Shown: positions 1 through 12,791 of the stretch, in pieces
Layout of the letters: every line of letters begins with the position of its first letter
Position numbering within the stretch: position 1 is the stretch's first letter
From: Balanoglossus misakiensis
Lineage: Eukaryota > Animalia > Hemichordata
DNA: 64,000 bases
Direction of reading: 5' to 3'
NCBI GenBank assembly: GCA_040954595.2
Contig: CM082582.2
Location: 12,545,777-12,609,776, forward strand
Notes under the pieces: model-generated
Told to the model about the DNA's origin: nothing
What the model saw: the letters and a program-made list of their open reading frames with translations, nothing else
Database searches by the model: none
Made by a program: the position numbers and the translations under genes

Positions 1-934
1 AAATATCGGCACTCCCCTAGTGAAGTATAGTTACGCAGAGATTGAATATAATAGAGCACACAATACTGCGGCAACAGACTTTCATTTCCCATTGAATGTG
101 CGTTATTCTCTTTCACTTTAATTGTTGTTTTATCTTTCATCTTAAAGTTGTTTAATGTGGCATAAGCCGGCGGGGTTATTTGTCAAAGAATGGGAAATTC
201 ATAAGTAGACCTTATAATTTCTACATCATAAAAATAACAATCTTCGATAAGCGAGTTTAGGCAATTTTGGTTAATGAGAAGAGTCAAATCGGAATGAAAT
301 ATTTTTGCTGCTCAAGAGAAGCGAAACTACATGCAACATGTCATACAATGCAATATTTTGACGGACAGTACCACATGAAATCCCACACAGTTAATGTTGA
401 ACTGTGTACTTTTCATAAGCACGCATGTTTGGTAAAGAGTCATGGATGACATTATTGCATATTGTCTGTGATTTATGACGGAAGCTGTCTTGTTCTGCGA
501 TAAATTACAAACAGCGTGGCAGAAAGAATGGTTGTCAGCGATAGCCAACTCGTACTTCCCGCAATAATGCTACCGGTATTAACACTAGGACTAGGGGAAG
601 CCTAAAGTGTTCATTTACATTGCCATAGTAACAAGTTGCGTAAGTTAATATTGATATCAAAAATCCCCGAGAATTTGCCACAATACTGGGGGAGAGAAGC
701 TGGTATGATTATTTCGCCGTGGTAATGTACACCCTGGAGGTCATGTGAAAAATGCGATACTGGGTTTATCCTTATGGGCTCTAGATAGTACAAATTTGCC
801 TCTGAGGGGGAGGGGCACCTGGCGTCTGGGTTCCCTGTGGGGACGCAGCGCTGCGTTCACTTTCAGGGAGGTTGAGGGCGTCGTAGTGTAACATGTTTCA
901 ACTTGTGGTAGGACGTAATTTTGGCCTGCGCGAT

Positions 935-1056
935 GATTGGTCGATTTATGATTGCACTTGCAATCATTTCTAAAAATAGTACGTAAAAGAGCATATGATT
1001 GGTTCAGAATGATGTCATAGATAACATTTAGATATGACGTCACATTTCATATATAA
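935..1056 (+). promoter_or_regulatory. Core promoter of large Maf gene (two inverted CCAAT boxes, CRE, TATA)
   Basis: GATTGG at 935-940 and 997-1002, perfect CRE TGACGTCA at 1035-1042 (CRE-like TGATGTCA 1010-1017), TATATAA at 1050-1056, about 340 bp upstream of the Maf ATG. Confidence 0.6.
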
Positions 1057-1393
1057 GTTGCTGTCAGGCGGCCATTTTCTTGTTGTTGCCTCAATGCTCG
1101 AAGCCTCCACTGTGTGTCCGGTTTTGCCCTTGAACCGACACATTTCCACCTAATACCATCAGCTTATCGTGTCTTTGTTTACGTCTAGCAGTAGAAGAAC
1201 TGTCGACCGACCACACTGAAGTCATTTGGTTGGAAGTCATCGACGCTGTTACACTGTCAACGAATTTTTCTGCTACACAAAACTTGGATGCTATTGCTAC
1301 CCGGCTAGTACCATTCTGTTGCGCAATAAACTGAAACCACCTTGGAGGCGAGCGACAACCATTCCCCCTGTGAAATATTAATTTCCGACTCCC

Positions 1394-2137
1394 ATGGACT
1401 CATTAGCCAATAACACGGATTTCGTGGCCATGGAATATATCGAGGACTTTGATTTGTTCAAGCTCGGAATTAAGAAAGAGATCAACGACGACGATGTGAA
1501 CCTCGATTCCGCCTGTTGCACGGCGAATCGAGACGACTTGATGCTGGACCTGCCGGTGACCCCAGCTGATACGGTCACCCCTTACAGCAGCGTTCCTCCG
1601 TCTCCATCTGTCGCACCGAGTCCAACAAGTGAGAAGTTTTCTTTCGACGAGTTGTACTGGTTGACAAGTAACCAGACGCTGAATCCAGACCTGCTCAAAC
1701 TCACCCCGGAAGATGCTGTTGAGGCGCTGATTTCGGCTTCCGACAAGGAAATCGCCAGCGTTACCAGCGCCAGTACCAGCGATATCATGTCCAAGTTTTC
1801 CGACGATGAATTGGTGAATTTGAGCGTGCGGGATCTCAACCGACAACTCCGTAGTTACAGTAAAGAAGAGGTCATTTTGCTGAAGCAGAAACGTAGAACA
1901 CTGAAAAATCGCGGCTACGCACAGAGCTGTCGCACCAAACGGGTACAACAGCGACAGTGCCTGGAGACGGAGAAAACGTCCCTGGATGCCGAAGTGAGAC
2001 GGCTACGCGCCGAAGTAGCTTTGGTTAAGAAGGAGCGTGATATGTACAAACGAAAGTACATATCTCTTCGACAAGACCAGGTTCCAGATTTCGTCGTGGA
2101 CGAGAGCAACCCCAACTCTCCGGAATTCTACATGTAA
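1394..2137 (+). CDS. MAF: Large Maf bZIP transcription factor (c-Maf/MafA/MafB/NRL pro-ortholog), single exon, 247 aa
   Basis: N-terminal MEYIEDFDL and IKKE SUMO-type site; [13 protein letters not shown]3-type phosphodegron; [11 protein letters not shown]; extended homology region [19 protein letters not shown]; basic region [17 protein letters not shown]; leucine zipper; C-terminal SPEFYM. Confidence 0.97.
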   Translation: MDSLANNTDFVAMEYIEDFDLFKLGIKKEINDDDVNLDSACCTANRDDLMLDLPVTPADTVTPYSSVPPSPSVAPSPTSEKFSFDELYWLTSNQTLNPDLLKLTPEDAVEALISASDKEIASVTSASTSDIMSKFSDDELVNLSVRDLNRQLRSYSKEEVILLKQKRRTLKNRGYAQSCRTKRVQQRQCLETEKTSLDAEVRRLRAEVALVKKERDMYKRKYISLRQDQVPDFVVDESNPNSPEFYM

Positions 2138-2994
2138 AATAACTTGCAATATCAACGACCAACCCTTACTACATAACATATGGTCGTGATGATGCGAGTG
2201 TTACATATGTAGTGTACTAGTGAGTAGCCTCGACTGCTGATGCTAGTTTTGGCGATGCAGCGAACATATGCTTCAGTCGTTTTCAGGTTTGGCCGACGAT
2301 CCAATGCTACCGTTATCGAACTATTCCAGACTATATATATGGCGAAACATCATGACGTGTGTCTACCGTGACAGCTCCGAAAAACTGGACTTTGAACTTG
2401 ACCGAGTGGACGCTAATATGTATTTTATATATTGTATAAAATTTTGACATTCCATGGCTCATTTTGTCAGATATTGAGAGAGACAAAGTCAGATGAAACT
2501 GCAATTTTGTCATTTTAAAAGATATCAAACACATATGGACATTTTACTCTGGAAAAAAAATACAGCAATGAAGTCTTTGTAACGTAATTAGTTTATATAT
2601 AACATCTTGGATGCTGTTTGCCTGTCATGGATGGCATTCAGATTGTTCAGACGAATTGCTTGTTGATTTTAATGATAATGGGTTAAGTTTAATTTATGAT
2701 ACAAGTAATGTAGCCATATGATATGTGCATTTGTCTTCATTTGATTATTATATGGAACACATGAATATCTCAGGATAGATAGATGACAAGTGAAATGTAC
2801 TCATGTCAGTTTCTAAGTTCAGCTGACTTCACGACCTATGACCTCTTCTTGCAAGTAACTTTGATTGTGTATTTATTTTAAGACAATATAAAAAAAACAA
2901 GCAGTTCTGTACCACATGGAACTGTGCAACTAAAGGATTGATTTACGGAAACAACCGACCAAGTCAGTCAGTAACTTAAAGCAACTAAATACTC

Positions 2995-3146
2995 TTTAAA
3001 AAAAGGGCACAACAAACGAAAAAAATGTTATAAGCAAAAACTTAAGAAAAAAAGTTAAACTAAAAAAAAATATGAGGAAGCAACCACCTCAAGGGTAAAA
3101 ATATGAAAACACAAAAAAAATGAAAAATATAAAAGTAAAAAAAAAT
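2995..3146 (+). repeat. A-rich low-complexity tract in the presumed Maf 3' UTR
   Basis: Repeated runs of 5-9 A separated by short spacers. Confidence 0.7.
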
Positions 3147-6100
3147 ATGGCTTTGAGCATTTAAGTGTGCTGAAATCTGTGGAGGTATTTCAGTGCATCC
3201 GGAGCTCTAGTCTTTATGTTGTCAGAACTGACGAAAAGATTTCGTCATTGTCTTGCTAATGTATAAGTCAGTGACTTCCTCTCTGGACAAGTCCTTGAAC
3301 TGTTATTGGTTTGAGCAGAGAGCTTTCTTTTTCAGGCTTGTTAAAGTTTAGTGGGATCAACAGAGAAATTCTCTGTGGGTCTCACTAAACTTGATTACTG
3401 TCCCATTGTTGGGACTTGATATTTAAATCAGAAATATGCAGAATTTGGGAACACTTTGTAATGATTTGTATTATTGTAACATGGTTGATCATGATTATAC
3501 TTTGGATGTGATTCAAATGTAACAGAAACATTTCAACACAAAGGATGACAAAGGCAGTGTCAAGATTTTCTTTCTTTGTAGAGCATGTTATTTGTTTACT
3601 CCAGTACGTGTGTTCTGTAGACATCATTCTGTTGTAGTAATTGATTAAAGCATCAAAAAATGAAAAAATGTAAAAACTTAAACAAACTTAACCATTGCGT
3701 CTGTTTTCATTTCATGTATATGTGTGGTTGCCCTGGATACTGTGTGGGTGTGTGCTTTGAATATTCACTTTCATTTTCACATTGTTGCAAGGGGAGACTT
3801 TTGTATGACAAGGAATGGAATGGAAGGGAACAATAAGCACATATTTGCAGGAGGTTGGGCAGAATGAATATTGAAATTGATTTGCTCAATAGGCTACACT
3901 GCATTGTTCTGTACCATTATTATCAGTTAAGTTGTTCTCTTTCCTTCAATCCAAACAAACTGGGCAGAGGTGGCGACTGATGTACACAATGGTGTTCAGT
4001 CAGGGCCAGAGTCCGACGCCCTTTTGTCCATTGAGACAGCCAAGGTGTGCTGGTCAATATAACGGTATCGGCCATTTGATTTTCAAATATTGTGGAAAAT
4101 GCAGCCCGTGTGTTTCCCGAGAATAACTTTTCAGAAATGAAAGTCGGAGCAAATATCAACAAAATAGCACACTAGTAATACTGGTGCTACTGTAATATTA
4201 CATACACATGGTGTCCCTTCTAATAGAACATAGCTGTCGAGGTGACCCTTTGGACAAATGTCCTCCAGCCACTTGTTTAATCAGGACTCACTCTAACAGT
4301 TTTATATCAGTTTTCTGATAAGATATAAGGTTGATATTTGGCATATGTTGAAGCAAACTGGCCATCAAGATTTATTTGCAGGTGCATGCTGGTACGAACA
4401 AATTAGTCAGACAAATAAACATGCTGTAATTTCTGTCTTTTTCCCTTTTGCTCCTCTTAACATATTGGCAGCAAGGTCAGAGTACGTTAGTTCTATTATT
4501 ATTCCACTGAAATGAATATCCCTGAAAATTTACGATCATCTACCATCATAGTTATATGCGCAAACTTATTTTTCCCGGGTAAACTCCAGACATATCAGTT
4601 TCACAGTAGTTATAAATATAGTGAAAATTATAGAATGGCAATTAATATAAATGCATCCAATAGTATCTAATTCAAACATTAGATTTTTTCTGAAAATAAG
4701 CAATGTACACTGTACTGTGACACTATTGATGATAAATTGGACTGTACAAATAACCAGTTTAAACACACAACTGGTATTAGGATGGTTTGCACAATTCGAG
4801 AACTGCACCTGAAAACACCTGTGGATTTCAATTTTCTGGATATTTTAAAATTTCCAGACATCATGGGTACACTAAGGAGTACAATGTACTGTGAAATGCA
4901 AGCAATAAACATCACCCATACCAACACGAGGTGCAGTTTAGAGGAAATAGAGGGTAATAAAAAAATGTTTAATCAGTGGGGGGTACCATTTCATGCATAG
5001 GGAATTATTCAACTCAACTGAGGGACTGAGCATTGGGATTACAGTTGTACATGTAATATGGTGGAGCCAGAATTGGGGTGTTGGTTTAGTAAGTTTCCAT
5101 ATGGTACAGAAAATGTTGTCAAAAGCTGGAAAATAAAAAATGTTGTTTTTTCTGAAGAATATGATTATCCACACATGGCTGAAACTATACACATTGATCT
5201 AGCTCATTTGGTAAATAAAATATGGGAGTAATTTCTCAAACTGTACATATTGTTGAATAACCATTATACACAGTGAAAATGGGATTTCCAACATCCTCAA
5301 TGACACTTTGCTCCCATTTGAACCAAAGTTCCAACCACTGGAACAAAATGATCATATCTGCTTGAGCTGTACCATATTGGCATGAAGCATAACAACTCTA
5401 GCACCTGTTTCTCAATCATTCATTCTGTGAGTGTCACATGACTTTTCTAGCAAATCAAATGAAGGATGAACATGTTACATATTGTGGCAGTGAATACACA
5501 GCTAAATAAACATAAGTTGATCCAGAAAGTTTATTTTGAAGGGAAAAGTAAATTAAGTTAACATCACATGTAAAAAGTAAATATGGCTGAATTGAACATT
5601 TCAACAGGATAGAGACATGTAGGAGGGTTTCACGTAATAAGCTTATCTATTTATAAATTGAAGGTTTTTTATATTTCCTCATAAATATCCTAACTGGCTT
5701 CTACACAGCTCATAAAAGCAAAATGGCTATTTTTGTCAAATTTCAACCTTCAAATAGTAGTCTGGTACATGAATGTTATCATGTAACAGAAGTATCACGT
5801 TTTGCACTTTTTCCTTTGTGATTGAAAATACAGGAAGATGATGGAGCCCTAGAATGCAACTTCCACCACTATTTTTTGGAGGAAAAGAATTGCATAAAGG
5901 GCAATATAAAGCAACCACATTGATTCATACTGCATAACTGGTGGCTTACAAGGGCACGCTCACCAGCAAATTTACCAAGTACATGTAGATTTTCAATGTT
6001 GATCACATGCGCACCATTTACATACACTTCCTGTGGTATCCATATCGTATTGGACCAGCACAACAGCTGTGTCACAAACAATCATAACCAGAGAGAGCTT

Positions 6101-6454
6101 TGATGAAGTCCATTGTGCAACTCACCAGCTGGGTTGCACCCAGATCACTAGGTACTTTCACATAATTAAACACAGAATATACAAATTGGTTCACAGTGAC
6201 ATCACACACAGTCACTTACCATGGCACAAAACACTAGTGACTCACATAAAAACAACCCATGACTTTAGTCTCAAAGACATTCTTGTACATTCTTGGTCAG
6301 ATGCATTGCAGGGTTTGCTGGTAAAAGTTCCATATGTCATTATAATGAACAAATCATTGGACTTCATCTAATTTGTATATTCCACCTCTGAGTGAAGTTG
6401 GTGACCATGTAATTCCTAGAACAGTGACAACTCTTGACCTGTTTTTACAGTCTT

Positions 6455-9368
6455 TTACAAATCATGTTTACTGAGACATTCACTGATCATTCTCTGGCTA
6501 ACTTCCCAGAGTTTATTCGCTGATTGTTCATCCATTGATTTCTCTGAGGGAACACAGCGACAGCAGTGGTTGAAATACAGTCCTCCCACACGATCTAATT
6601 CTCTTGCTGTGGCGCAGTAGACTGTTGTAGCAGCTCCTTGGGCCTGAAAGGTGTGACAGAAGCTCTTAGTGATAAAACCTTTCCTCAAATAATTATACAT
6701 CGTGAATTTCATGCAGCAGGATTGGTTTACCCTTCCTGAATGCCATACTATTCTCTTTGGTTGTGTTTGATTTCCAGTAATTTGGTATCACTTTTGTTAA
6801 GATCTTACGGTGGGATTATTCTGTTGACTTACCACAGACTTTGTAAATGGTTTGACGAGGATATAGAGAAACCAGATGAGCCACCAATTCTTTTGCAGAC
6901 CAGTGTAAATCATATTGCCTGGATGAAGAACATTACATGCAATTCCTTGGTTGCTGTATCGTCGGTGAAGTTCAAGGGCAAACAGGATGTTGCAAAGCTT
7001 GGATCGATTATAAGCCAGCATTGACCAGTATTCCTCTTTCGGAGGTGAAAGTTTTTCTGTATCAAAATGGTTGCCCATAATCTCAACAAATCTGTTGGTT
7101 AAAAGGGGAAAGAGATTTGGGCAACAGACCATACCTATGGTGCAACGTCATTTTCTTCCCAAGGTACAAAACAGCGACTGTGTGAACACTATTTCACCAT
7201 CCACTGCTTTCTATGTACATGTATGTAGTAAATAGTGTGCATTGTGGGTTTATTTAACACTGTGTTGTTTCATTGCCAAACAGCTGTGATGACAAGACAA
7301 AGCAAATAGCGACACAGAGAAAGCAGCTTTTCCCTGAGGATAAGTAACACTTCCTGAATATAATTTCAATATGTGTACAATCTGTATTATGTCAGCAATG
7401 ACATATGCTGGGTTCTATATATCTGCACTTATAATTTGAGCAGTTAGCAGTTAAATTCTTCTGAATCTTACCTGTGAGATTCTGATGAAACAATCACCAC
7501 TCTAGCAGCACACGAATCACAATCTATGAGTAAATCTTTCAGCAAATCGAAGAGGTAGAAATGACCTAAATGATTGACCTGAAATGTCATTTCGATTCCA
7601 TCTTCTGTCAACTGCCAAGGAAGGCCGAACACTGCAGCATTCATAATGAGTGTGTGCAAAGGCCTGTCGAATTAGAAACATATCTGGGATGTAAAGTTTT
7701 TACATTCTCTTTTTATACACCTCTCTGATTGTTCCCCTCTAAAATTCAAATCACAACTCAAGAGAACAAATGTTGATAAACCAAGAAAAAACCACCAACC
7801 ATTCTCTAAGTTTGTAGTTTTCAGCAAACTGACGCACACTCCTCAGAGATGCCAGATCTAACAGCATGGTTTCCACTTTTGCCTCCGGTCTGAGTTCCAA
7901 GATTTTTTTGGCAGCAGCGTTGGCTCGCTTTAAACTCCTACAAGCCATTACCACATGTGCCCCATGCATAGCTAGGCTACAAGCAGTTTCAAAGCCTATA
8001 ACACATAAAAAAAATTAACAAATTATACCAAATCATATTTCTTCTCTTGATTCATGCAACTACACTGCAGGAAAACTTTTAAAAACCTGATAATTATGAA
8101 AGGTACATTAACAGCAACTCATGGCTGAAGGGTAATGGAGAACGAACAGAGGTCAAACAGAGGTCATTACCTATACCACTATTAGCACCAGTAATGATAA
8201 CATACTGGCCAGTCAAATCCCGACCCTGTAGAATACTTCTACAAGTGCTGTAGGAGTCAAATCTCTGAGTGATTTCACCCTTCTCTGGATTGTCTTCAAC
8301 TGCAAACGCCAATCTTGGATCCGAGTACGTGGTCTTCTTGTTTATGTGACTGAGAGTAAAAATATGACAGAATTTGGTGAAATGAACGATGGTTGATATA
8401 TGTAGTTTTATGTTTGTTAATGCACAATGACAACAGGGCAAGGTAATGATTAGAATCATAGTGTCATGATTTGATTTACTGTAATAACAATTGCAGTGTC
8501 ACACTTACTCAATGTAATACTGACAACCACTATCATCCACTGCAGTTTCCCAGCCATACGGAAGCTCTAAAAGCAAACAGAGCACATGTAATCACTTGTA
8601 GCAGTCTCTCAAGAAAGATTTCTTGAGGGACTGTGCTTGTGGTAAACATGGGATTTTCCATGTTGAGATTATTATGAAAAAATATATAAACATCAGTCAT
8701 ACTAAGAATTATCTTGTGTCATTTTGATTTTTAAGGGTATTCGATGTTTCATTTGGGAGTTAGTCAGCCATTCATTTTCTTCCAGCTCTTAGACCAACAT
8801 TTTAAAATTTCCTCTAATAAACACCTCCAATGATTCTTTTTCTTTTTCCAGTTCTTGGATGATACCATTGTGTCTTCTTGTCTGCATGGCTGCAATAAAA
8901 AAATTAAATGTATCACAATTTATTGAATGATAATTTTGTGTAATTTACAACATTTTTCAGTGACATTCTGAAACTTACACTATGTCTAGCGCCCTCTATC
9001 ACACCTCAGAGCTGTAGCCTCACTCTGGTTTCCCACCATCTTTGATCTTGAGAAGTGAGAACTGTTTTGTTTTGGTTTATTTTCAGGCTAGCTTGTTTCC
9101 AATCTTTTTCTCTGCCGATTTCAAATGCCCTCTCGCCCAAGAATAGTTTGTACAATTTGTAAAGTTCCTGTCCACAAACACAGTGGCAGTGAACATGATA
9201 CGAGGGTGCAACACCCAGGCAACTTACATCGGTCACGCTGTTCAATATCAAATTGTCTTACTTTGCGTAATATACTCTGCCATCTCGAGCGCTCCTTTCC
9301 TCCCAACCTGCAGGTAGTTCGTCTTCGCTATCCGTGTCCAACAATGTTCCCGGTTCATCCGACGCCAT
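6455..9368 (-). CDS. WWOX: WW domain-containing oxidoreductase, 8 coding exons, 414 aa
   Basis: Exons (minus): 9368-9262, 8889-8825, 8566-8509, 8349-8171, 7995-7800, 7663-7472, 7091-6833, 6643-6455; all GT-AG, total 1245 nt. Translation [24 protein letters not shown] (WW1), GKRKR NLS, ELPYGWE (WW2), TGANSGIG cofactor motif, YNRSK catalytic motif. Confidence 0.97.
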
Positions 9369-9369
9369 T

Positions 9370-9860
9370 TTTTTCGCAGTCAGGTGACACTCACGTGACT
9401 TTACCAGACATTTCCTTTGTATAGTTTAGTTATTGAAACTAATTGTTGATAACTCATTTCTTGTAAATTTGACTATTTAATAATAAATATGTCAATTCGA
9501 CCTAGGTAACAACATTTAAGGTACCAAGGCTCCAGTTATCTGATTCGCATATTATTCGCATTATGTTGTCTCCAGTGGGTGGCTCTTTCGGCGCAGCTTC
9601 ACCAATGTGAAACTGAGAGTCGATAATTCTGGTCAAAATTCGTTATTTTGTATGAAAATCGATGCAAATTCAACTTAATAATATTGGTGTCAAATAAAAG
9701 TATGACAATCAATTAAATAATGCAAACAATCAACCATTTCCTCGCCTAAAGAAACATACGGTCGCACGAGTCTAGCTGTTACATATTCATAAGCGTCCTT
9801 TAGGATTACCTCAACCAATCAGTGCTCACCGCGCGGGGGTTCAAATTTAAACCTACAAGG
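9370..9860. promoter_or_regulatory. Shared divergent promoter region of WWOX and Aurora kinase with CCAAT plus CDE/CHR-like elements
   Basis: Genes are head-to-head. E-box TCACGTGA at 9391-9398; CCAAT at 9815-9819; GC-rich CGCGCGGGGG followed by TTCAAA (9840-9845, reverse TTTGAA) and TTTAAA (9846-9851), both CHR consensus variants. Probable non-coding Aurora exon ends at a GTAGGT donor at 9974. Confidence 0.55.
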
Positions 9861-10470
9861 ATAACCTTTCGAACGACATACTCGCCTGTGATCCGGACTG
9901 CCAAGTGTTACTAAAAAGGCTTAGATTTTGCGTTAGTTCGTCAGAATTCAACGATACTTGATCAGAAGAATACGTAGGTATTGAAATTTTAAATGTAACA
10001 TACTTCTTGTCTAGTAATCTCTGTAATATTCGCGTTAATATGTTGATTTCTCAAGTGTGTTGGTTGCCGCGCGCGTTGGGGGAACATAGCTAAAGCTTCC
10101 AAAAGATTCCAATTTCCACCCGGCAAAAACATCCAGTTCCAACAATCCAACCCAACATCAGGCAAAACCTCGGTATGGCAGCTACAATCCTTGTACCCGT
10201 TTGTATCTGGACCATACCAGATCATTCTCTAAGTTTTGATTTTCTTTAGAATACGATTTTCTTACATGATTGTGATTGTATGTACAAAAGGTTCAAAGAT
10301 GGTGCTGGTGGATCACAATAACTTCTAGGGGACAAAAAGCAGTATCCCTTGTCTAAATTTCTTGAGTCTTGACTTCATAGTACAAATCATATAATATCTT
10401 TATCCATTCCCGTTTTACGTTTATTGCAGTTAACAAGGGAAGCTCATAGTGTGGTAATTGCGCTGTCATA

Positions 10471-12791
10471 ATGTCGTCTTCGGCAACAGCCAAAATGGGA
10501 ACAGTTGAAAATGGGGTAGGTAACCAGCGGTAACCATTTACACTCCTGAATATTATTATTATACTGTTGTGAAAACTAAAGTAAAATCTTCATGCTGGGT
10601 AAGTCAGCTAATTTTTTTCAAAGATAATGTTTGCTTATTGATGAGTAAACTTAGCTGCAATGAATCGGTTGTAGATTGCGATCCACATTTATTCTTCTGT
10701 AACTTACACTTTTCTTGACAAATTTAATTCCTAGGTGCAGGGTCTGAGTATAACCAAGAACAAAGAAAACCAGGTAAGCTCTCAGGAAAGAGGGAACTAG
10801 TCTCTTTTGCTGATGGAGCTAACCAACCTCGTTTTCCGTCATTTCAAGAAAGCTTTGATAGAATTATCAAATCAGGCAGGTTTAGAGATAATCAAGCTGC
10901 CAGTGACAGTGAAATTCTATTAAATGCTTTCTTTGTTATGAGTTCGTAACTATATTATCTTCATGAATCAGCATTTCGTTGTTGTAATCAAAGAAGGCAC
11001 ACGGTAATGTCTGGGACCCATGAATGAACAGAAACGTCAAAGAGACTGTAAATGACAAAACTACTGCAGTGTTTCAATGTTGAAAGTAAATCGTAGCCCT
11101 CCTATATATTCAGCTTACTGGGTCTGGAAGCAAGACTGAAACAGGAGCCAAGAGAGTTTTGAAACAGACCACTGGAAACCAACAGGTGACAAATCCGCCA
11201 ACAGCAAAAGTAAAACCACAGAATGTTGGAAGCACATCATGTGGCAACAGTATCAACAGTGAAAACTCTGCACCATCCGGTACTAGTACATCCAAGAGTA
11301 AAAGGTATGTATGATAGAACTTGAGGGTAGAGTAATGATATAAAACTCAATTCAAGAATTGTCAAGTACTTCAGAAACATGTCCCAGCATAGCCGTCACT
11401 TTTTAACGTGAGAATGTTCTTCTCTGTTGATACGCAGGCCAAGGTGGAGTCTAAATGACTTTGACATTGGAAGACCTCTTGGAAAGGGTAAATTTGGCAA
11501 TGTGTATCTAGCTAGAGAAAAGAAAAGCAAGTTTATCCTGGCCTTGAAAGTTCTTTTCAAGTCACAGTTACAAAAAGCAGGCGTTGAACATCAGCTCAGA
11601 AGAGAGATTGAAATACAGACTCATCTAAGGTTGGTAGCAATTGTGTTTATTAAAATAGAAAGATGTATTGTGCTAAACAAAGAGCAGTGGCGTCGCTGTA
11701 CTTTTTGATAAAATGGCAGCCAATAACCTGTACTCCTATTTTTACTACAGGCATCCAAATATTTTAAGAATGTATGGTTACTTCTACGATGACACAAGAG
11801 TTTACCTCATCTTAGAATTTGCTCCAAGAGGTGAACTGTACAAAGAATTGCAGAAATGTGGCAGATTTGATGAAAAGAGATCTGCAATGGTAAGTAAAAT
11901 GTCCGACATCACCAAAATGTTAATGTTTACAAGAGAGGTAGATTTGTAAAAATCCAGTCGATGTAACTGTTGCTTGTTCTGAATCAACTATTATTTCTTG
12001 GTTTACTCGCCAAAGCGTGATAAAATACTTGTTGCGTTTAAAACCTTATTAACTGTTCCAAATATCCTCTTTTCATAACAGTATATAGGACAGCTAGCAG
12101 ACGCTCTCAAATATTGTCATCTCAAGAAAGTCATTCACAGGGATATCAAGCCTGAAAATTTGCTTCTAAGTTTACATGGCGATTTGAAAATAGCCGATTT
12201 TGGATGGTCTGTCCATGCCCCTTCGTCAAGGTGGGTATATCGAGTGTAGTCAATAAAGTGACGTTCTTAGTTTTTGTTTTTACTGCGTCCTTCATAAATG
12301 TCTTATTCTTGTTTCTCTGCATTGTCTTGTAGACGTGCAACTCTGTGTGGTACTCTGGACTATCTTCCTCCTGAGATGATTGAAGGTAAAATGCACGATG
12401 AGAAGGTTGACCTTTGGAGTCTGGGCGTTTTGTGCTACGAGTTCCTGGTTGGCAAGCCTCCCTTTGAAGCGGAGGGACACAGTGAGACTTACAGAAAGAT
12501 TTCCAAGGTGGATTACAGATTTCCTCCATATGTTAGTGAAGGTGCTAGGGATCTAATATCTAAGGTAAGGCAGCCTCAGTTGCAACAGTTACAGTACTTG
12601 TTGAAAATTTAATGCTCCATTGCAATCACCTGTATGCTTCAACTTTTGTTCCTCTATTTTTTTCTGTTCAGTTACTGCGACACAATCCAGCAATGCGTTT
12701 GTCACTTGATGGAGTGCTACAACATCCCTGGATCCGAGAGTTTGGTGGAAAACAGTCCCAAAGCAACACACCTGCTCAGTCTGCATCGTGA
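10471..12791 (+). CDS. AURKA: Aurora kinase (A-type), 8 coding exons, about 368 aa
   Basis: Exons 10471-10515, 10735-10773, 11114-11304, 11438-11629, 11751-11889, 12082-12230, 12333-12564, 12672-12791 (1107 nt). KEN box in exon 2; KRVL A-box-like motif; [34 protein letters not shown]; RMYGYF has the Aurora-A-type Gly. The N-terminal exons are less certain than the kinase exons. Confidence 0.93.

Noticed and set aside
1403-1948. 181-aa antisense ORF over Maf, and similar antisense ORFs over FAM210B, the GPCRs, GDAP1 and FITM2
   Set aside because: Shadow frames of real coding exons with no recognisable motifs.
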